The notes under the pieces were generated by a model, which saw only the letters and a list, made by a program, of their open reading frames with translations, made no database searches and was not told the origin of the DNA. The translations under genes and the position numbers were made by a program. A stretch of DNA of 63,961 nucleotides, counting the filler, from Octopus bimaculoides (taxonomy: Eukaryota): assembly GCF_001194135.2 (NCBI RefSeq). It is 4 parts of 4 records of this genome, joined end to end, with 100 filler letters (N's around TTAATTAATTAA, not from the genome) between each part and the next. Parts side by side here need not be neighbours in the genome. Positions count along the whole stretch, not along the records: positions 1 to 17,599 come from NC_068990.1; positions 17,700 to 26,577 come from NC_068993.1; 2 more parts are not named here. The stretch is one strand, 5' to 3'. Below are positions 10,731 through 24,968 of the stretch, one piece after another (positions within the stretch are counted from its first letter, which is position 1; every line of letters starts with the position of its first letter).

Positions 10731-12399
10731 TGTANNNNNNNNNNNNNNNNNNNNNNNNNNNNNNNNNNNNNNNNNNNNNNNNNNNNNNNNNNNNNNNNNN
10801 NNNNNNNNNNNNNNNNNNNNNNNNNNNNNNNNNNNNNNNNNNNNNNNNNNNNNNNNNNNNNNNNNNNNNNNNNNNNNNNNNNNNNNNNNNNNNNNNNNNN
10901 NNNNNNNNNNNNNNNNNNNNNNNNNNNNNNNNNNNNNNNNNNNNNNNNNNNNNNNNNNNNNNNNNNNNNNNNNNNNNNNNNNNNNNNNNNNNNNNNNNNN
11001 NNNNNNNNNNNNNNNNNNNNNNNNNNNNNNNNNNNNNNNNNNNNNNNNNNNNNNNNNNNNNNNNNNNNNNNNNNNNNNNNNNNNNNNNNNNNNNNNNNNN
11101 NNNNNNNNNNNNNNNNNNNNNNNNNNNNNNNNNNNNNNNNNNNNNNNNNNNNNNNNNNNNNNNNNNNNNNNNNNNNNNNNTATATACATATATATATATA
11201 TACTGAATGACCAACGCACACAAAGACACAAAACATGCCCAGTTCTACCTTATCACGTCAATACAATATTTCTCCTGTTCATTTTTTACTTCGGCAACTC
11301 GAAGCAAGTTGGTAATGTCATGTAGCGGATTTCCTTGTGTGTACAACACATAAATGCAAGTGTCGATTAAATAAATCATTTAAACCACAATCAGATGCTT
11401 TCGCTTTTACTTTGATGTCGTCCACATGCCTATTTCATCTACTACCTCAACAACATCTTTTGCTATACATTCTGCTACATATGTATATGGTTGAGTATGA
11501 TTATAGGAACTCTCACGCCAATTTGGGCATAGCAGTATCCAATTCTTTCATTGACTGGACAACCTACTCATTCAGTCAGCATGAAAAGTGCTTGAGTATT
11601 TCATCTATACATGTATACTCAATGTAATTCGCGGGTAGGATCAGTGTGACAAGGCTAAACTTCTGAATTGCAAATACAGGCCATCCAACAGGTTTTCTAC
11701 ACAATTTCCATCTACCTTAAATTCACTTAGTCTCAACTCAAGGCCATGGTAAAAGCATCTGACACTGACCTCACACGCTAGGATTAAACCTGATACTTTG
11801 TTATTATGAAGCAAACATATTAATCACATAACCAGTCAGCAATGCCAAGTACATGCATGCACGTATATTATTATTAATGAGTGAGAGAGCAGGGCATGCC
11901 ATCAAAGTGACACTGGGGTACAAAAATACGAAGCCCAATATACCCATCATGACTATCAGTCGGACAAGGGTACACCAGGCACATGCATCACAACCATATG
12001 TGCGCAAAATGGTAATCTCAGCGTATGACCTTGAAGGTAAGTTTCAGAATTTTTTTCACGTTGAGAAGCCCATACCGTTCAAAAGGTACCTGAATAAGGG
12101 TTGTTTAACGATGATGAATAAAACACCTATGTTTCTTGGGGTGAATTATTCAAACCCTAAAGAATTCTCCTCAACACATGACTATGATGCTCCCCACTAC
12201 TTCTGCTCGTGATCAGAGATGCACATATCGTCAACCACTAAGGGACATGCTCAAGTGGTTACGGTCAAGCAACTGACAAGCAAATCTGTGGTACTGCGCA
12301 GAATATTTGCTGTAGTCCATCTTTGACACCAAGACAAAACAATGTACATAACACTTCCAATCAGTTAAGATCAGAAGTCATGAAAATCACTGTGTGTTT

Positions 12400-12442
<43 letters not shown>

Positions 12443-12599
12443 GATGGTGCAAAAGTAAAACGCAAAGATGGAGTAAAAACTGAGTCTCCTAGGTAGCTCC
12501 CGATTCAAACGTACACTAAAAATTACTTAAATCAAGGGAGGTAACTCACGAATTACTTTACAGTTTCCTTTAGTAAAAATTACTTTTCTTTTAACGTTA

Positions 12600-13010
12600 G
12601 AGCAAGAGTATCACATTTGGTCGTCTTTTTGCTGGGCCTCTAAGCAAAGGTAGGGGGCGGGAAACAAAGAAGAAACCTGGGGTAGGGAAGAAAGGTAACT
12701 GAGAAAGCTGAGGGATGTAGTATGTACCTATTCTACTCTCAGGGATAAAGCGATGGGTGTTAGGGTACGAAATGTGTGGTGAGGGTGATGGTCTGACAAG
12801 GCAGAGCCCCTCATGGACAAGCATTACCAAGGAGGTTTTAGGATATCAATTCTGCTGTGGTGGGTGGGTCTTCTTAAGTACAGTAAGGTGTCAGATACCC
12901 TGGTCCTTTGTCATTTTCTTCAAGGGGCTCAGCGTTTTGAGATCAGCCTCAATAGTTAGTCCCATGTCTTCCTGGGTCTCCCACTTCCACAAATTCCATT
13001 CAGTTTAAGT
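12600..13010 (-). mobile_element. RTE LINE 3' end fragment
   Basis: Reverse strand encodes GICGSGRPRKTWD, the RTE C-terminus. The UTR segment matches 59880-59920. Confidence 0.65.
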
Positions 13011-13719
13011 GATCTGCACTTCTTTATGCAACTGTTCTCACGTATATGCATATTTCGAGCATTATTGTCCTATCATCAGTACCACATCCAACCAATATAT
13101 TTGTGTGAGTGTGTATGTGTTGCAGGGATGTATATCTATGTTAGTTCCCATCCACAGCTTGACAACTGGCGCTGGTTTGTTTACATACCCTGTAACTTTG
13201 AGGCTCAGGAAAAGTGAACAATACAATAGATACCAGATACAAAAAAGTGTAAGCACTGGAATCGATCTGTTCAATTCAAAAAAAAACAAAAAAAACATTT
13301 CAAGGCAGAGGCCAAACAAGGCTGCACTCCAATGACTGAAATAAGTCATAGACAAAAGGTATTCGATTAATATGGACAGAAGCAAGACCAAATGATGAAG
13401 AGTTTTATTTAGTTCTGTCCCATCTTGGAAAAATGTCTTTTACCATAGCTTCAGATTAACTAAAGTATTATAAGTCAAATTGCATAGATGGAAAATGGAA
13501 ACTATGTAGAAGCCCACTGAATGGGTTGTATCTGCATTTTGAAAGTCTTGCCTTGTAATATATTGCATCATTATTATTCACCCAAGGAATTACATTAAAA
13601 TATTGGCATATACGTCTGTGGAATACTCAACAACTTTTTCATTAATTTGATTGTAGATAGATTGTTATGTTGATCAAACAGCAGGTTACTCAGGCTGAAA
13701 TACACAAAGGATTCTTCAT

Positions 13720-13769
<50 letters not shown>

Positions 13770-14090
13770 TACATATATATACACACATATATATACACAC
13801 ATGCATATATATGTGCATTTATATATATATGTATATATATGTGCATTTATATATNNNNNNNNNNNNNNNNNNNNNNNNNNNNNNNNNNNNNNNNNNNNNN
13901 NNNNNNNNNNNNNNNNNNNNNNNNNNNNNNNNNNNNNNNNNNNNNNNNNNNNNNNNNNNNNNNNNNNNNNNNNNNNNNNNNNNNNNNNNNNNNNNNNNNN
14001 NNNNNNNNNNNNNNNNNNNNNNNNNNNNNNNNNNNNNNNNNNNNNNNNNNNNNNNNNNNNNNNNNNNNNNNNNNNNNNNNNNNNNNNNNN

Positions 14091-14133
<43 letters not shown>

Positions 14134-14659
14134 TATATACATGCATATACATACATATATCCATATGTATGTGTGTGTGTGTGTGTACATGCAAGTAACA
14201 TTAAAATACTATAATTTCACACTGCAACTTTGAACTTGTTTGGATATAGAATACAAACAAAGACTTAATATTTCCTATAAAGCCGAATTTAGCACAAAGA
14301 TTGTGAATGAAATGCAGTAATCCTGAACTTCTTTTCTTTGAACAGCTGTGTTAAGATCATCGATTGTTAGATATTGCATCCCACTGATCTTTGTAAAATA
14401 AATTATCTCTGGGTCTCTCAGTTGATTGGTTGTGTGTCACAGAGTATAGATTACCCAGCATAATGTGCTTAACACTTAAATAAACACAGCTTGTAGGATC
14501 TACATTAACATTAAAAATATACAAGCATTCATAATGTAATTTATCTACTTATCCATTTGTCAGCTTATCTATTTAGCTAGCTGTCAATACTGTCTGTCAA
14601 TTGATCAGTCAATCTATCAAAAGACTCATCTTCATTTTGTTTGGTGTAAAACCCGGAGT

Positions 14660-15640
14660 TTTAACACGGGTTTTTATAACACTTAGCCTTTTCTGCGCTT
14701 GTTTCTAGTTCGTCTAATTCTGGAGTTTGTTGTATTTGGAATTCACTTAGATATTCCTTTGCCTGTTTTGTTACTGAGTATGATGCTTTCTTGTTTTCAT
14801 GTTTTAAGACAAGTTTTAGCATCCAGTCCTCAGAGTTTTTCAGATAGGTGTCCAGGCCGATTGTGGCAATCTTCATTGTTAATATCAGTTGTAAAAGTCC
14901 ACGGCCACCCTCTTTTCTTGGCAAATAAAGTCGTTCTATATCTGCCTTAGGGTGGTGCATTCTATGCGTTGTCAACAGTTTTCATATTTTTCTGTCAAGA
15001 TTACAGATTTTAGTAAGTGACCAGTTAATAAATATTGAAACTGTAAGTCACGACTGGTATGGCTAAAGTATTGATCGCTTCGATCCTGTTACTTGCACTC
15101 AGCTCTGTCTTGAGTATCACCCTTACACTGCGATAACATCCTCTTCTGAACCTTTCCTTCATCACTGGATGTTTGATTCCGTCCCCTTCAATTACCCCTA
15201 GGTATTTGTAGCTCTCTGCTGGTTCTAACTCTTTTATGACATTCTGCTGGTCAAGGTTAACATCAGAAGTTTTTGTCATTTTTCCTTTGATAAAGGTAGC
15301 TTTTGCACATTTATCAAGACCAAATTGCATCCTGATGTCATCAATGAATCGTTTACCAATCGCTAGTAAGCCCTTGAGTTGTTGGTCATTTTTTGCAATT
15401 AGCTTTAAATCATACATCTAAATGAGATGATTTATATTTTTATCAAACATTTTGTAACCATACTGTGCATCAGTGAGCAATTTTGAGAGAGGTATTAAGG
15501 CTAGACAGAAGAGGAGTGATGATAGTGAGTCACCATGGAAAATGCCACATGAAATTCTTACATCTCCAACATTTAGAGATTCATTGTCACTGTTCAAAGT
15601 CAGTGTGGTTCTCCATGATCTCATACTTTCAGACAAAAAA
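14660..15640 (-). mobile_element. R4/Dong-clade non-LTR retrotransposon RT fragment (pseudogene)
   Basis: GIFHGDSLSSLLFCLALIPLS, HLI-YDLKL, FGLDKCA, YKYLG, IEAINTLAIPVVTYSF and HPKADIERLYLPRKEGGRGL, with frameshifts and an internal deletion. Confidence 0.85.
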
Positions 15641-15689
15641 GTTTCGCAGAGTAGGAGCTATTTTATACATTTATATTATTATTATTATT

Positions 15690-16085
15690 AGCACGCAGGG
15701 CAAAATGCTTTGTGGTATGTCATCTGCCGCTATGTTCTGAGTTCAAATTCCACTGAGATCAACTTTGTCTTTCATCCTTTCAGAGTTGACACTTGATCAC
15801 TATAGACAGATCAGTTGTGCCGGTTATTCAGATAAAGCTGAATACTTATACATTGTCTTTGACAGGAAAGTCCATCATTATTATTATTACTAAGGCAGCA
15901 ATCTTGAAGAATTGTGACCATACTAGACAAAATGCTTAGCAGCGTCTCAAATTCCACAGAAGTTGACTTTGCCTTTCACCCTTTCATAGTCGATGTACCA
16001 GTTGAGCATTGGTGTCGATGTAATTGACTAACCACTTCCTCCAAAATTTCAGGCTTTGCGCCCACACTAGAGAGCATTATTATTG
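15690..16085 (+). mobile_element. Two tandem SINE family B copies, each preceded by (TTA)n
   Basis: gttctgagttcaaattccac and gttgactttgcctttca motifs occur twice; ends in attattatt. Confidence 0.75.
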
Positions 16086-16960
16086 AACTAAGTAACTAGT
16101 TACGCCATTTCATCTTCTCACTGTTTAGAGTGATTCAGTGATGTTTTCAAGGCTAAAACGTACAGGTTAAAAATTAAGATACGGTCTCTGAACTTTGACA
16201 CTGTATTGTTGTTAAGACAAAGAGGCTGCTTGGACTGGATAACGTTGCTTTATCTTCGCAAATTATTCACTGTTTCAACGTTTACCCTAACCCTATCATT
16301 TTTTTCTTTCCTACACATTGTGTAGAAATTATACATTTTGGATTAAAATACACACGCATCTAGGTGAGTGTACTCATAACAGTACTAATACAACTGATAT
16401 AATATTTTCACTATGCACACTATAGGAAGAATTGTCACAGTGTATTCACTTTAACGCATACTATATAGTCACCTAGTACTATATATATATNNNNNNNNNN
16501 NNNNNNNNNNNNNNNNNNNNNNNNNNNNNNNNNNNNNNNNNNNNNNNNNNNNNNNNNNNNNNNNNNNNNNNNNNNNNNNNNNNNNNNNNNNNNNNNNNNN
16601 NNNNNNNNNNNNNNNNNNNNNNNNNNNNNNNNNNNNNNNNNNNNNNNNNNNNNNNNNNNCTAAGAGAGGAAGAGGAATGTGTTGAATAAAATCATAATTA
16701 ACTGATCATCCTGTGTTTTCTTTTATACCCAAAGCCAGGAACTTTTCAGCACCCCCTCGTACACACACAACTGTTACAGTGTATTCACTATACATATACA
16801 ATAGAACCAATTTATGCACAATACATATACATTAGTACCAATGTACTTGCTACACATACACAAATGTGGCTGTGTACTCACAATGATTACTCTGCTAGAG
16901 TAATGGACTCACTCGCTTTTCTCTCACTACGCATATCCAGAACAGTGTAACCTTTATACT

Positions 16961-17285
16961 GGCTCTGTGTCGGTTACGATGATAAGGGTTCCAGTTGATC
17001 TAATCAGTGGAACAACAAGCTCATGAAATTAACGTGCAAGTGGCTGAGCACTCCACAGACATGTGTTCTCTTAACATAGTTCTTAGGGAGATTCAGCGTG
17101 ATACAGAATGTGACAAAGCTGGCCCTTTGAAATACAGGTCCAACTCATTTTTGACAGCTAAGAGGACTGGAGCAATGTGAAATAAAGTGTCTTGCCCAAG
17201 GTCACAATAGATGGCCGTGAATTGAACTCATGACCTAACGACCATGAACCAAATACCTCTAACCACTAAGCCACATACCTTCACA
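16961..17285 (-). mobile_element. tRNA-derived SINE family C
   Basis: Reverse head gtggcttagtggttagag...gagttcaattc and gtgaccttgggcaagacac; matches 23491-23794. Confidence 0.85.
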
Positions 17286-17324
17286 TAACCTTTATACACA
17301 GCGATATCGAATAGTGTACACATG

Positions 17325-17357
<33 letters not shown>

Positions 17358-17389
17358 TTTTGCTAGTAAATGCTTCTAGGAGTATCTGA

Positions 17390-17599
17390 GGATCTTTTTT
17401 AAAACGGGGGCCACATTTTTCATTAACGAAACACTTTGAAACTTGGAACACTGGTAGAATGTGTCATATAAAACATCTTTTTCTCTTAGTCTTCTTAAAA
17501 AAAAAAGAAATCCATAAGTTATTCCATGTTAAAGTTGTCGTATTTCTGTAATTTCAACCAATCACTGACGTCCATTCAGCCGATATACATTAAGTGCCG
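17390..17599. mobile_element. One arm of the GGATC-ended foldback MITE family (same family as 60258-61115), truncated at a gap
   Basis: Aligns to the reverse complement of 60915-61115 (gaaacactt...gtcgtatttctgtaatttcaaccaatcactgacgtc). Confidence 0.8.
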
Positions 17600-17699
17600 N
17601 NNNNNNNNNNNNNNNNNNNNNNNNNNNNNNNNNNNNNNNNNNNTTAATTAATTAANNNNNNNNNNNNNNNNNNNNNNNNNNNNNNNNNNNNNNNNNNNN
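17600..17699. other. Assembly join: 44 N + TTAATTAATTAA + 44 N
   Basis: Exactly 100 nt; identical construct at 26578-26677 and 51087-51186. Confidence 0.95.
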
Positions 17700-17955
17700 A
17701 TGGATGCGGAGGTCTTCAAGACAAAACTTGACGCTTTCCTCTCCATGATACCAGACGAACCAATGGCTCGTAATGAGACGCAGTTTAGGGCAGCTATGTC
17801 AAATTCTCTTATACACCAGATGTGCCACCAAAACTCTTGATTGGACCATGTCAGGTGGGGCAGAAGAGCCATGCGAGGAACGTGAAAATCACGGTGGTGC
17901 ACCAGCATGACCGCAGCCACTTGGCTGAAACACATAAATAAATAAATAAATAAAT
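17700..17955 (+). mobile_element. CR1/L2-group LINE 3' end with (TAAA)n tail
   Basis: DAEVFKTKLDAFLSMIPDEP...RAAMSNSLIHQ followed by a stop, a short UTR and a TAAA tail. Confidence 0.7.
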
Positions 17956-17995
17956 ATGTATGTATGTATATGTATATATGTATATGCATATATGA

Positions 17996-18038
<43 letters not shown>

Positions 18039-19189
18039 CATATATATTCATATATACATGTTTATATACATGTGCATATGCGTATATATTCATGTATATG
18101 TATATATGCATATATATGTATACATATATAAGTATATATATATATATATATATGTATATTTATATATATACAAACACACATGCATACTGAAAGACCCACA
18201 CATATTTACATTTCTTTAATATTTTCATTAAGTTTTTAGTTCTTTTATAGAAACCCTTGTATTGTTGAAACACGTCACTAAGAAAGCAAGACCCATAAAG
18301 TTAACTCGGAAGAAACTGGCTACATGGAGCTTTGTGTGTCGATGCATTTCTCTAGAACCAGGCCAGAACGAGTACAGTGTGACAGGAAGAGAAGCATCGG
18401 TCAGAGAAAGAGACGGCAAAGAATTAAGGAAGGAATGAAAGAAACAAAGAAAAGCAAGTATGACAGAGATGTACAAATAACGGAGACAACCGAGAAAAAG
18501 TAAAGATGACCGGAAAACGTGACTTTGAGAATAAGCGAAAAAGTAACGTATAAAAAGTGAGAAACGACAAAAATGTGCGCATTAAGGCCAAAAAACTATA
18601 GACAACGTCAAGAGATAGAGTACAACAGCGAAGTACACAAGATGAATTCTCGTCTTTTTAACGAAAATCAGCGTTGTTAGGGTTGATTTGGACAAAAGAA
18701 TAGCAAGAACGGAGCCCTGAGCCCTGAGGCCTAAAATTTTGGTTTGGGGTTGAGAGCAGCTTCGTATTTTATTTCAAGATCAAGGTTGAAGAATTTGAGG
18801 TGGGGATGGAGAAGCACGTAGCCTTAAATGTTTGAAATTCAATATCAAATCCTTGTAGTCATTGAGCTTTTAGTGTATCATGACATATCGAGCTATTAGA
18901 CTAGAATTTTTTCAGTGGGATACAATGAATATAATGGTCAAAGAAGTGATCTTAGAACACATCATGCTTCCGTTAGTCAACAGGCCTTATTAGTCATCTT
19001 GAACTCCTGTTCCAGTAAGATCTGGCAACCACAAAACAAACAATGCTTCGATTTCCTAGGTTTTCATCGGTTTACTTTTAACGAGGCTAATGAACACTGA
19101 AACTTTTGACGTTCCAAGTAACTAACAGCAAATATCTAAACCGCATCACATTCTAATTAACCGAGAATTACGTGCGTGTATAAGTATAA

Positions 19190-19248
<59 letters not shown>

Positions 19249-19640
19249 NNNNNNNNNNNNNNNNNNNNNNNNNNNNNNNNNNNNNNNNNNNNNNNNNNNN
19301 NNNNNNNNNNNNNNNNNNNNNNNNNNNNNNNNNNNNNNNNNNNNNNNNNNNNNNNNNNNNNNNNNNNNNNNNNNNNNNNNNNNNNNNNNNNNNNNNNNNN
19401 NNNNNNNNNNNNNNNNNNNNNNNNNNNNNNNNNNNNNNNNNNNNNNNNNNNNNNNNNNNNNNNNNNNNNNNNNNNNNNNNNNNNNNNNNNNNNNNNNNNN
19501 NNNNNNNNNNNNNNNNNNNNNNNNNNNNNNNNNNNNNNNNNNNNNNNNNNNNNNNNNNNNNNNNNNNNNNNNNNNNNNNNNNNNNNNNNNNNNNNNNNNN
19601 NNNNNNNNNNNNNNNNNNNNNNNNNNNNNNNNNNNNNNNN

Positions 19641-19680
<40 letters not shown>

Positions 19681-20285
19681 CATATATAAACCTACACATA
19701 TATATATATTTATATACATATTTATATACATATATACATGCAAACACACATATATATATGTTAATACATATACATATATATACATATATATATGTTAATA
19801 CATATACATATATATACATATATATATTCATACACACACATACATTCACGTATGCGTGTGTGCTGATTGTATACGTGTGAGAGCATAAGCATGTACATAT
19901 ATATAAACGTAAATGTATGTATGCATACTTATATATGTATTGTATTTCTCTGAGAATTTTCTTACTATGAATACTAATTATTACATAATAGCTACTGATC
20001 TTCGTGCCGAAGGAAATAATATAAACCATATACAGACACATATAACACACTAACGTATACTGACACACACTAAAAATACTAACACACACGCACGTGCACA
20101 CACAAACACACACATTCATTCGGAAACGCACGGGTGTATACACATATAGACGTAAACACAAAGACGCAAACACAATGCTGAATTAGAGATTTTTGCTTGG
20201 AATCATGCCAAAATTTGGCTCATGTAATAATGCGAAAATAATATATACAAATATATAATGTACTGTTCCGTGTATATACATATAC

Positions 20286-20320
<35 letters not shown>

Positions 20321-20455
20321 CACGCACATATATATATACATATATATAAGCATATATATATATAAATGTTCATATATATAGATACATATGTGTATACATA
20401 TGTGCATATATATGTATACATACATGTATATGTATATACATACCTACATACCTAC

Positions 20456-20491
<36 letters not shown>

Positions 20492-21156
20492 TACAAACTA
20501 ACTACAAACAAACATAAATTAGACCGCAATGTGGCTGCTGGAATTAGCATAGACGCTATTTGATCTCAAAAGCCAAAATAAATGGATTGCCTAATGATAA
20601 ACCAAACATGTTTGACCGTTTTTATTTATTTATTTATCTCTATATTTATTTGTTTGTTTATTTTCTACCAAAGTCTCGGGTACCTTCAATGCACACGGCG
20701 TTAATAATTCGTGTGCTCTTTTGATAGCTTCCCACAATATAATGTAGAGCGAGTAAAAAGTACTTATAAAGCTTTTGATATGATGTTATACCTATATGAA
20801 TGTTGCTGCATAAATACCATCGTGTGTGTGCGGTGTATGTCTGTCCATATTCGGTTGGTTTGTACGTGAATGCGTATGTGTTAACGTACGTAATTTTGAA
20901 TGCGTTCGCCTTTGTGCGTCTCTGTCGGTTTAAAAGTATGTGTGTATGTATGTGTGTGTGTGTGTGTGCTTGTGTGTGTGATGTGTGTCGATTTTTCTGA
21001 GTAATAGCATTTGTATTTGTGAGTTTGGCCATGAGCGTGGACATGGCTTCAGGAATGAGTGCGTCCAGTTTTCGTGTATATGTCTGTATCAATACGTGTG
21101 TGTGTGTATGTGTGTTTGTGTGAATGTACATGTATACCTAAACATGTATATATACA

Positions 21157-21192
<36 letters not shown>

Positions 21193-21560
21193 CGTGTGTA
21201 TATATATATATATACATATGTATACACACATATATTTATATATATGTATGTATACATATGTCTATATGTGCATGTATAAATATATATATATATATATATA
21301 AGAATATATGTGTATATATTGTGTGTATATGTGTGAGTTTATTATTACGTTAATTTGAGCTTCCCTCTTTCTTTATATGTGTATTTATATACGTTCAATG
21401 AGTGCTTGTCTACGCTTATGATTGTAAGTATATACGTATATGTCAAATGTGTGTGCGTGTGTGTGTGTGTGTATACGTATATGTGTGTATTATGGTTATG
21501 TACGATATATGGATATATATATGTGCGTGCTTGTGTATGTGAAGAGAAAGGTGGGAGGTG
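19190..21560. repeat. Large field of degenerate (TA)/(TG)/(TATG) microsatellites with a gap
   Basis: Direct reading. Confidence 0.9.
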
Positions 21561-23119
21561 AGGTGACAGTGGTGGAGGTGAGTGACCAAAGAAAATTATA
21601 TTGAAAACCAAGACTAACTTTCATGTGATTCTTTCTATGCAGTGTGTGGTGTGTTATGAATAAATAAATGAATATATAAATAATACAAAGACACACAAAG
21701 ACACACACACAAANNNNNNNNNNCACACACACACACACACACCCACACACACACACACACACATACACACACACCCACACACCCACACACAGACTCTCAC
21801 AAACACGCACATGCCGACTTATAGACAAACAGGAACACACAGAGGCAGATGGACAAATAATCAGAAACTTACACATACACCGAAACCAATAAAAATAAAC
21901 AGTAAACTACAATTAGACAAACTACAAACAAAAATAATAAGCTTACGTGGGAAAGCTCCCAGTGGGTGTGCGACATGCTAGAAATAACAGCAAAATTATA
22001 TACTAGAGTCTTTCACGCTGTTGGATGCACTTGATAGTCAAGTCCTAGCTATCTGGAGATAAAAGAAATGAGATGTTCAATATTGTTTGTTTCCAAGCAT
22101 ATAACGAGTGGTTTCAGTGTAGTGTACATATCTTTGATGAATGTTTAATTAACCTGTAATGTTGGTGTCTAATTTATACTTTCTTGACTTATGGCACTAT
22201 TGTATAGTTTGAAAGGGGTTCGATTAATTATTTCATGTGAGTCGGGGTACCCGCAAAGGAAGTATCCTCGTTGGCCTGCCAATGTTTCCCTTGATTTTTT
22301 TTTTCATGCATTCGATGAACGCAGAAAAAATCTTTGTGTGGAAGTTTTGTGCTTTTCTTGCAAAACATGTACATCCATGCGATCAACCGTCTCTCAAATT
22401 TCTTAAATTATAAGAATTCATTTTCATTTTGAAAACTTTCAGGGCTCACATTCTCCCACTTTGTGCGTGAGCTGTGAAACCTGCCCCCCGAACTGAAAAG
22501 CATACAGAAGCATACAGCTTAGAGGGAAAATTGGACACGGTGTACGCGGTTTTTAAAGTGAAGAACTCCTAACTTTAGTAACATTACATAGTAATGTGAA
22601 GAAAGCCCTGACTTCTAGTCTGGTCTGATGGCCCACGAATACTCTATCTAGTGATAGAGATATCACCCACAGCAATAACACAGCTGCATTTTATTGCAAA
22701 ACTACAGCCTCTATGTGGTGGCTGAGTATGGTAGAGATAACAGCCAAATCTCGTTAAAATTACACTCTACCTTCATGAACCCTCTGAGATCTGAGCCATT
22801 GTGTCTAACTTTACCACCCAACTGGGTTCCTGAATAAAAAATAAAATAGTTGCATATATAGGTTGAGATAACGATTACAGGCCAACTAATGGACACGATT
22901 GTCTGCCCTTCTTTTCTACGTGTGTTGACCATTACCGCTTTACCGGGAATGCGACAGAGATGACGTTGAAGCTATTTCTGTTATAGCAGGAATACAGCGT
23001 GAGAAAGTTAAAAGTATAATTATATAATTCTAAATACACTAAATTTAACCATAACACTTTGGGTGGTTACGCCTGGGAACATTTTTGAATATAGGTATAC
23101 CTACCCCAAACTGACAAGC

Positions 23120-24560
23120 GACTAAAGAACAACAGCAACACAAACTGCAAAACAAAAACAAAACAAGAGGAAGCAACACCATTACCACCAGCAACATCGC
23201 AAATATCACTACCGTTACCCTAATAACAGTAACAACAAAACCAACCATCAATACCTCATCAGAATCAACAACAGGAAAACAAAAAACAAAACCACCACCA
23301 CCATCGACACCACCACCACCACCACCACCACCAGCACCATCAGCAACAACAACGACAACAATACTACTATTTACACTCTATTATCGCCATCATAAGCAAA
23401 TCTCATGGCATCAACGTTGTTATTAACAAGAGCAATACAAACATCGACTAAAACAATATTACAGCCACCAAGACTAATAACAATCGAACTGGTACTCCGT
23501 CGGTTACGACGACGAGTGTTCCAGTTGATTCGATCAACAGAACAGCCAACTCGTGAAATTAACGTGTATGTGGCTGAGTACTCCACATACAAGCGTACCT
23601 TTAACGCAGCTTCCAGGAAGAATGTGGCAAGGCTTGATCCATTGAAATATAGGTACTATTCATTTTGCTAGCTGAGTGGTCTGGAGCAACGTGAAATAAA
23701 GTGTCTTGCTCAAGGACACAATGCTCGCCAGGAATTGAACTCACGACGTGAGGATCGGGAGCCAAATACCCTAACCACTAAGCCACGCGCCTTCGCGAAC
23801 AACAATATCGATAGTGTCAAGAAAAATTTACATTATCACCACAACCACTTTCACTACCACCGCCGCCGCTGCCAGTGCCGGCACCNNNNNNNNNNNNNNN
23901 NNNNNNNNNNNNNNNNNNNNNNNNNNNNNNNNNNNNNNNNNNNNNNNNNNNNNNNNNNNNNNNNNNNNNNNNNNNNNNNNNNNNNNNNNNNNNNNNNNNN
24001 NNNNNNNNNNNNNNNNNNNNNNNNNNNNNNNNNNNNNNNNNNNNNNNNNNNNNNNNNNNNNNNNNNNNNNNNNNNNNNNNNNNNNNNNNNNNNNNNNNNN
24101 NNNNNNNNNNNNNNNNNNNNNNNNNNNNNNNNNNNNNNNNNNNNNNNNNNNNNNNNNNNNNNNNNNNNNNNNNNNNNNNNNNNNNNNNNNNNNNNNNNNN
24201 NNNNNNNNNNNNNNNNNNNNNNNNNNNNNNNNNNNNNNNNNNNNNNNNNNNNNNNNNNNNNNNNNNNNNNNNNNNNNNNNNNNNNNNNNNNNNNNNNNNN
24301 NNNNNNNNNNNNNNNNNNNNNNNNNNNNNNNNNNNNNNNNNNNNNNNCACCACCACCACCACCACCACCACCACCACCTCTACCACCACCACTGCTTCAC
24401 CAAAATAACAGGAGATAAGAAGAAAAACATTCCGACTACCTCCACCAACAACACGAACCACAACAAAATTATCCACATCATATAACTATCAGCGGCAACA
24501 CACATCAACACTTGGAGCAATATCCCAATCTCCATCACTAGCAAGTAAAACAACAACAAC
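23120..24560. repeat. (CAA)/(CAC)n trinucleotide field spanning a gap
   Basis: ACC runs at 23290-23345 and 24349-24395; AAC-rich flanks. Confidence 0.85.
23491..23794 (-). mobile_element. tRNA-derived SINE family C, CpG-retaining copy
   Basis: Homologous to 16961-17285; embedded in CAA/CAC repeats. Confidence 0.85.
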
Positions 24561-24921
24561 AATAATAGTGACTATAACAATATCAGACATGACGATTATT
24601 TAATCACCCCCACACTCCCCCTAGATGTAATGTTCAAAACCGACTGTAATTGGTAAGAGTTAAATAAAAGGACCATTTACAAGAAATCAGCTGTCTAACC
24701 CAATTTGGAAAATTGCCTTCAATTTTTTTTTTATTCAGACGGTTTTTTTAAAAAGGAATATTCTTCCGGTTCTTGCAATGTTTTTCACATTTTAGAAAAT
24801 GAAAAAAAAAAACACCTAATTTTTTTTTCTCACCTCTATCATATTGTGCTCATGCATTCATCTCATTTATGTCATCTACACATTACATACACACGCATAC
24901 ATACATACATACATACATACA

Positions 24922-24968
<47 letters not shown>

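Noticed and set aside
17644-17655. TTAATTAATTAA islands as biological palindromes or piggyBac footprints
   Set aside because: They are centred exactly in 100-nt N gaps three times, so they are assembly linkers.
18228-18476. Open frames on both strands around 18.25-18.45 kb as an exon
   Set aside because: No recognisable protein family and no convincing donor; openness is explained by purine/pyrimidine skew.
22641-22660. ACTCTATCTAGTGATAGAGA, resembling a tet operator (vector contamination)
   Set aside because: Spacing differs from tetO by one base and there is no other vector sequence nearby; a chance short palindrome.
23735-24485. Poly-His, poly-Pro, poly-Thr and poly-Val ORFs
   Set aside because: All come from (CAC)n repeats spanning a gap of about 460 nt; no flanking coding signal.
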